A stretch of 64,000 nt of DNA from an uncultured Nitrososphaerota archaeon (GTDB lineage: Archaea; Thermoproteota; Nitrososphaeria; Nitrososphaerales; Nitrosopumilaceae), in assembly GCA_963701075.1 (NCBI GenBank), contig OY969559.1:1376001-1440000 (forward strand), written 5' to 3'. Under the pieces are notes generated by a model. It ran no database searches. It was not told the DNA's origin and worked only from the letters and a program-made list of their open reading frames with translations. The translations under genes and the position numbers were made by a program. Positions 62,367 to 64,000 of this stretch are shown here, in pieces (position 1 is the first letter of the stretch; each line of letters starts with the position of its first letter).

Positions 62367-63434
62367 CTATTTGTCTCGTTTACCTTCGACAAATTCTGTG
62401 AAGGCGTTCATCGCCTCAGTGTATGGCATTTGTATTGGAGGATGTTTGAAGCAGTAAGATGAGATGCTAGTCATTGGTCCTGAAAGCTTTCTGTCTAGCG
62501 CTATCTTTAATCCACGTATAGCGTCGATCATTATTCCTGCGCTGTTATATGCGTCAATTACCTTGAGTTTTAGATCGAGTTTAATTGGGATCTTGCCAAA
62601 GTATTTGCCTTCGATGTTAATGTAACAAATCTTCTCATTATCAATAAAGTCAACATAGTCACTTGGGCCTATTCTCATTGGGATATCATAGTCCGCCATT
62701 GCCTTTACTGCACTTGTCTTGCTTATTCTCTTGTCTTCAAGTCGCTCTTCATCAAGCATATTGTAAAAATCCATATCTCCACCTATATTCAGCTGATATG
62801 TACCGTCGATCAGTACGCCCCTGTCTACAAAAAGTTTCACTAGTGTTTTGTGGACTACGGTAGCACCAAGCTGACTCATCACATCATCTCCAGCAAGAGG
62901 GAGATTCTTTTCTGCATACATTTGCTGCCATTTTGGTTCTGATGCGATAAATACTGGAATTGCGTTAAGAAACCCGATACCTGCCTCAAGTGCCTGACTT
63001 GCATAATGTCTTACAGCTTCTGTGCTTCCGACAGGAAGGTAATTGACAAGCATTTCGGCCCCAGTATCCTGCAGTATCTTTTTGACATTGACCTCGGGTT
63101 CTTGAGAAGGCGTAACTATTCGACTAAGGTGCCTTCCCAGACCGTCCTTTGTTGGCCCTCGTTGAACTGTTATTCCCATACGGGGAACTTCGGCAACAGT
63201 GATAGTATTGTTTGGTCTTGCATATATTGCCTCAGAGATATCTTTTCCAACCTTTGTGTCTGCCACGTCGAACGCTGCTACCACTTCGATATCACCTGGT
63301 TCGTATCCTCCCAAGTTGTAAGCAGTCAGGCCTATGACATCATTTGGGTTATCTGTATAATATTTTGCGCCTTGAATGAGTGCAGAAGCACAATTGCCTA
63401 CACCGGCTATAGCAATCTTGATCTTCTTTCCCAA
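62367..63434 (-). CDS. ino1: myo-Inositol-1-phosphate synthase
   Basis: GVGNCASAL.QG, NYLPVGS, GDD..SQ.GAT, YQLNIGG..DF.NM, K.ISKT. Confidence 0.94.
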   Translation of the reverse strand: MGKKIKIAIAGVGNCASALIQGAKYYTDNPNDVIGLTAYNLGGYEPGDIEVVAAFDVADTKVGKDISEAIYARPNNTITVAEVPRMGITVQRGPTKDGLGRHLSRIVTPSQEPEVNVKKILQDTGAEMLVNYLPVGSTEAVRHYASQALEAGIGFLNAIPVFIASEPKWQQMYAEKNLPLAGDDVMSQLGATVVHKTLVKLFVDRGVLIDGTYQLNIGGDMDFYNMLDEERLEDKRISKTSAVKAMADYDIPMRIGPSDYVDFIDNEKICYINIEGKYFGKIPIKLDLKLKVIDAYNSAGIMIDAIRGLKIALDRKLSGPMTSISSYCFKHPPIQMPYTEAMNAFTEFVEGKRDK

Positions 63435-63527
63435 CTTAATCGATAGCTACAAAATTATACCTACATATTAATTACTTGTGATTGGCAAGTGCAGAGGATT
63501 TTATATCCCAGACTTGATTCCAGACGT

Positions 63528-64000
63528 GTGATAAATTCTGGCAGACCAGTAGAAGACATCTCGATAAAAAAAGATGATACCATTGGTGTTATTTTTGAGC
63601 AAATGTCAAAATCAGGTGGCTTTGAGTCAAGAAATTTAGCAGATGGATTGAACATTCTAACTTCAATGATAGAAGACAAGGACTGTTTGAAATTTTTATC
63701 CTTTGTTGGTGCAGTTGTATCCACCGGTCTCAGAGGAGTAATTACAGACATGGTAAAGAACAAGATGTGTGACGTAATCATAACCACTTGTGGTGCTCTT
63801 GACCATGACATTGCGAGACATTATTCAAATTATTTGGAAGGGTCATTTACTCTTGATGACAGTGAATTAGCAGATAAAGAAATTCACAGACTTGGAAATG
63901 TTCTGGTACCATTGAAAAGTTATGGTCCGCTGATTGAAGAAAAAGTTCAAGCATTTTTAGAAAAAGAATATGCCAGTGGAAAAAAAGAAATGGCAACACA
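63528..64000 (+). CDS. dys: Deoxyhypusine synthase (3'-partial; not in the ORF track)
   Basis: GRPVEDI...GGFESRNLADG..IL..M, FLSFVGA.VSTGLRG, ITTCGALDHD, IHRLGNVLVP..SYG. Confidence 0.88.
   Translation, partial: MINSGRPVEDISIKKDDTIGVIFEQMSKSGGFESRNLADGLNILTSMIEDKDCLKFLSFVGAVVSTGLRGVITDMVKNKMCDVIITTCGALDHDIARHYSNYLEGSFTLDDSELADKEIHRLGNVLVPLKSYGPLIEEKVQAFLEKEYASGKKEMAT

Noticed and set aside
2420-63811. Numerous 60-150 aa antisense or overlapping ORFs in the track (e.g. 2954-3328, 7811-8230, 34266-34718, 63006-63446, 63461-63811)
   Set aside because: They are shadows of well-supported genes on the other strand or frame and have no recognisable motifs.
1-64000. CRISPR array, rRNA, provirus or amo genes
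   Set aside because: No regularly spaced repeats, rRNA-like segments, viral hallmark genes or amo sequences were seen.

Overview
Archaeal chromosomal window, inferred to be Nitrososphaerota (Nitrosotalea/Nitrosopumilaceae-like ammonia oxidiser) from archaeal ThrRS, aRF1, eS26, PurP, a PEFG-CTERM cupredoxin and a NitrOD-type protein. No amo genes are present. It is mostly core genes: tRNA-Val(CAC), thrS, speB, aspS-gatCAB, purP, aRF1, ilvD, trpEGDCBA, pyrG, NAD kinase, ilvBN-leuA-leuB, a second aspS, oppD/oppF, smc, ino1 and two DHS-family genes. These are interleaved with lineage-specific surface proteins, PAS kinases, small unannotated Zn-finger ORFs and one decayed IS fragment. Best candidate for a new system: a 20-codon Ile/Leu/Val-rich leader ORF with mutually exclusive hairpins directly upstream of ilvB, resembling ribosome-dependent attenuation, which is poorly documented in archaea. 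Second observation: all eight reading-frame lesions found in seven otherwise intact genes can be repaired to AGCT or GATC. This points to base-calling errors at methylated motifs rather than real pseudogenes or recoding. All calls come from reading the sequence; no searches or folding programs were run.
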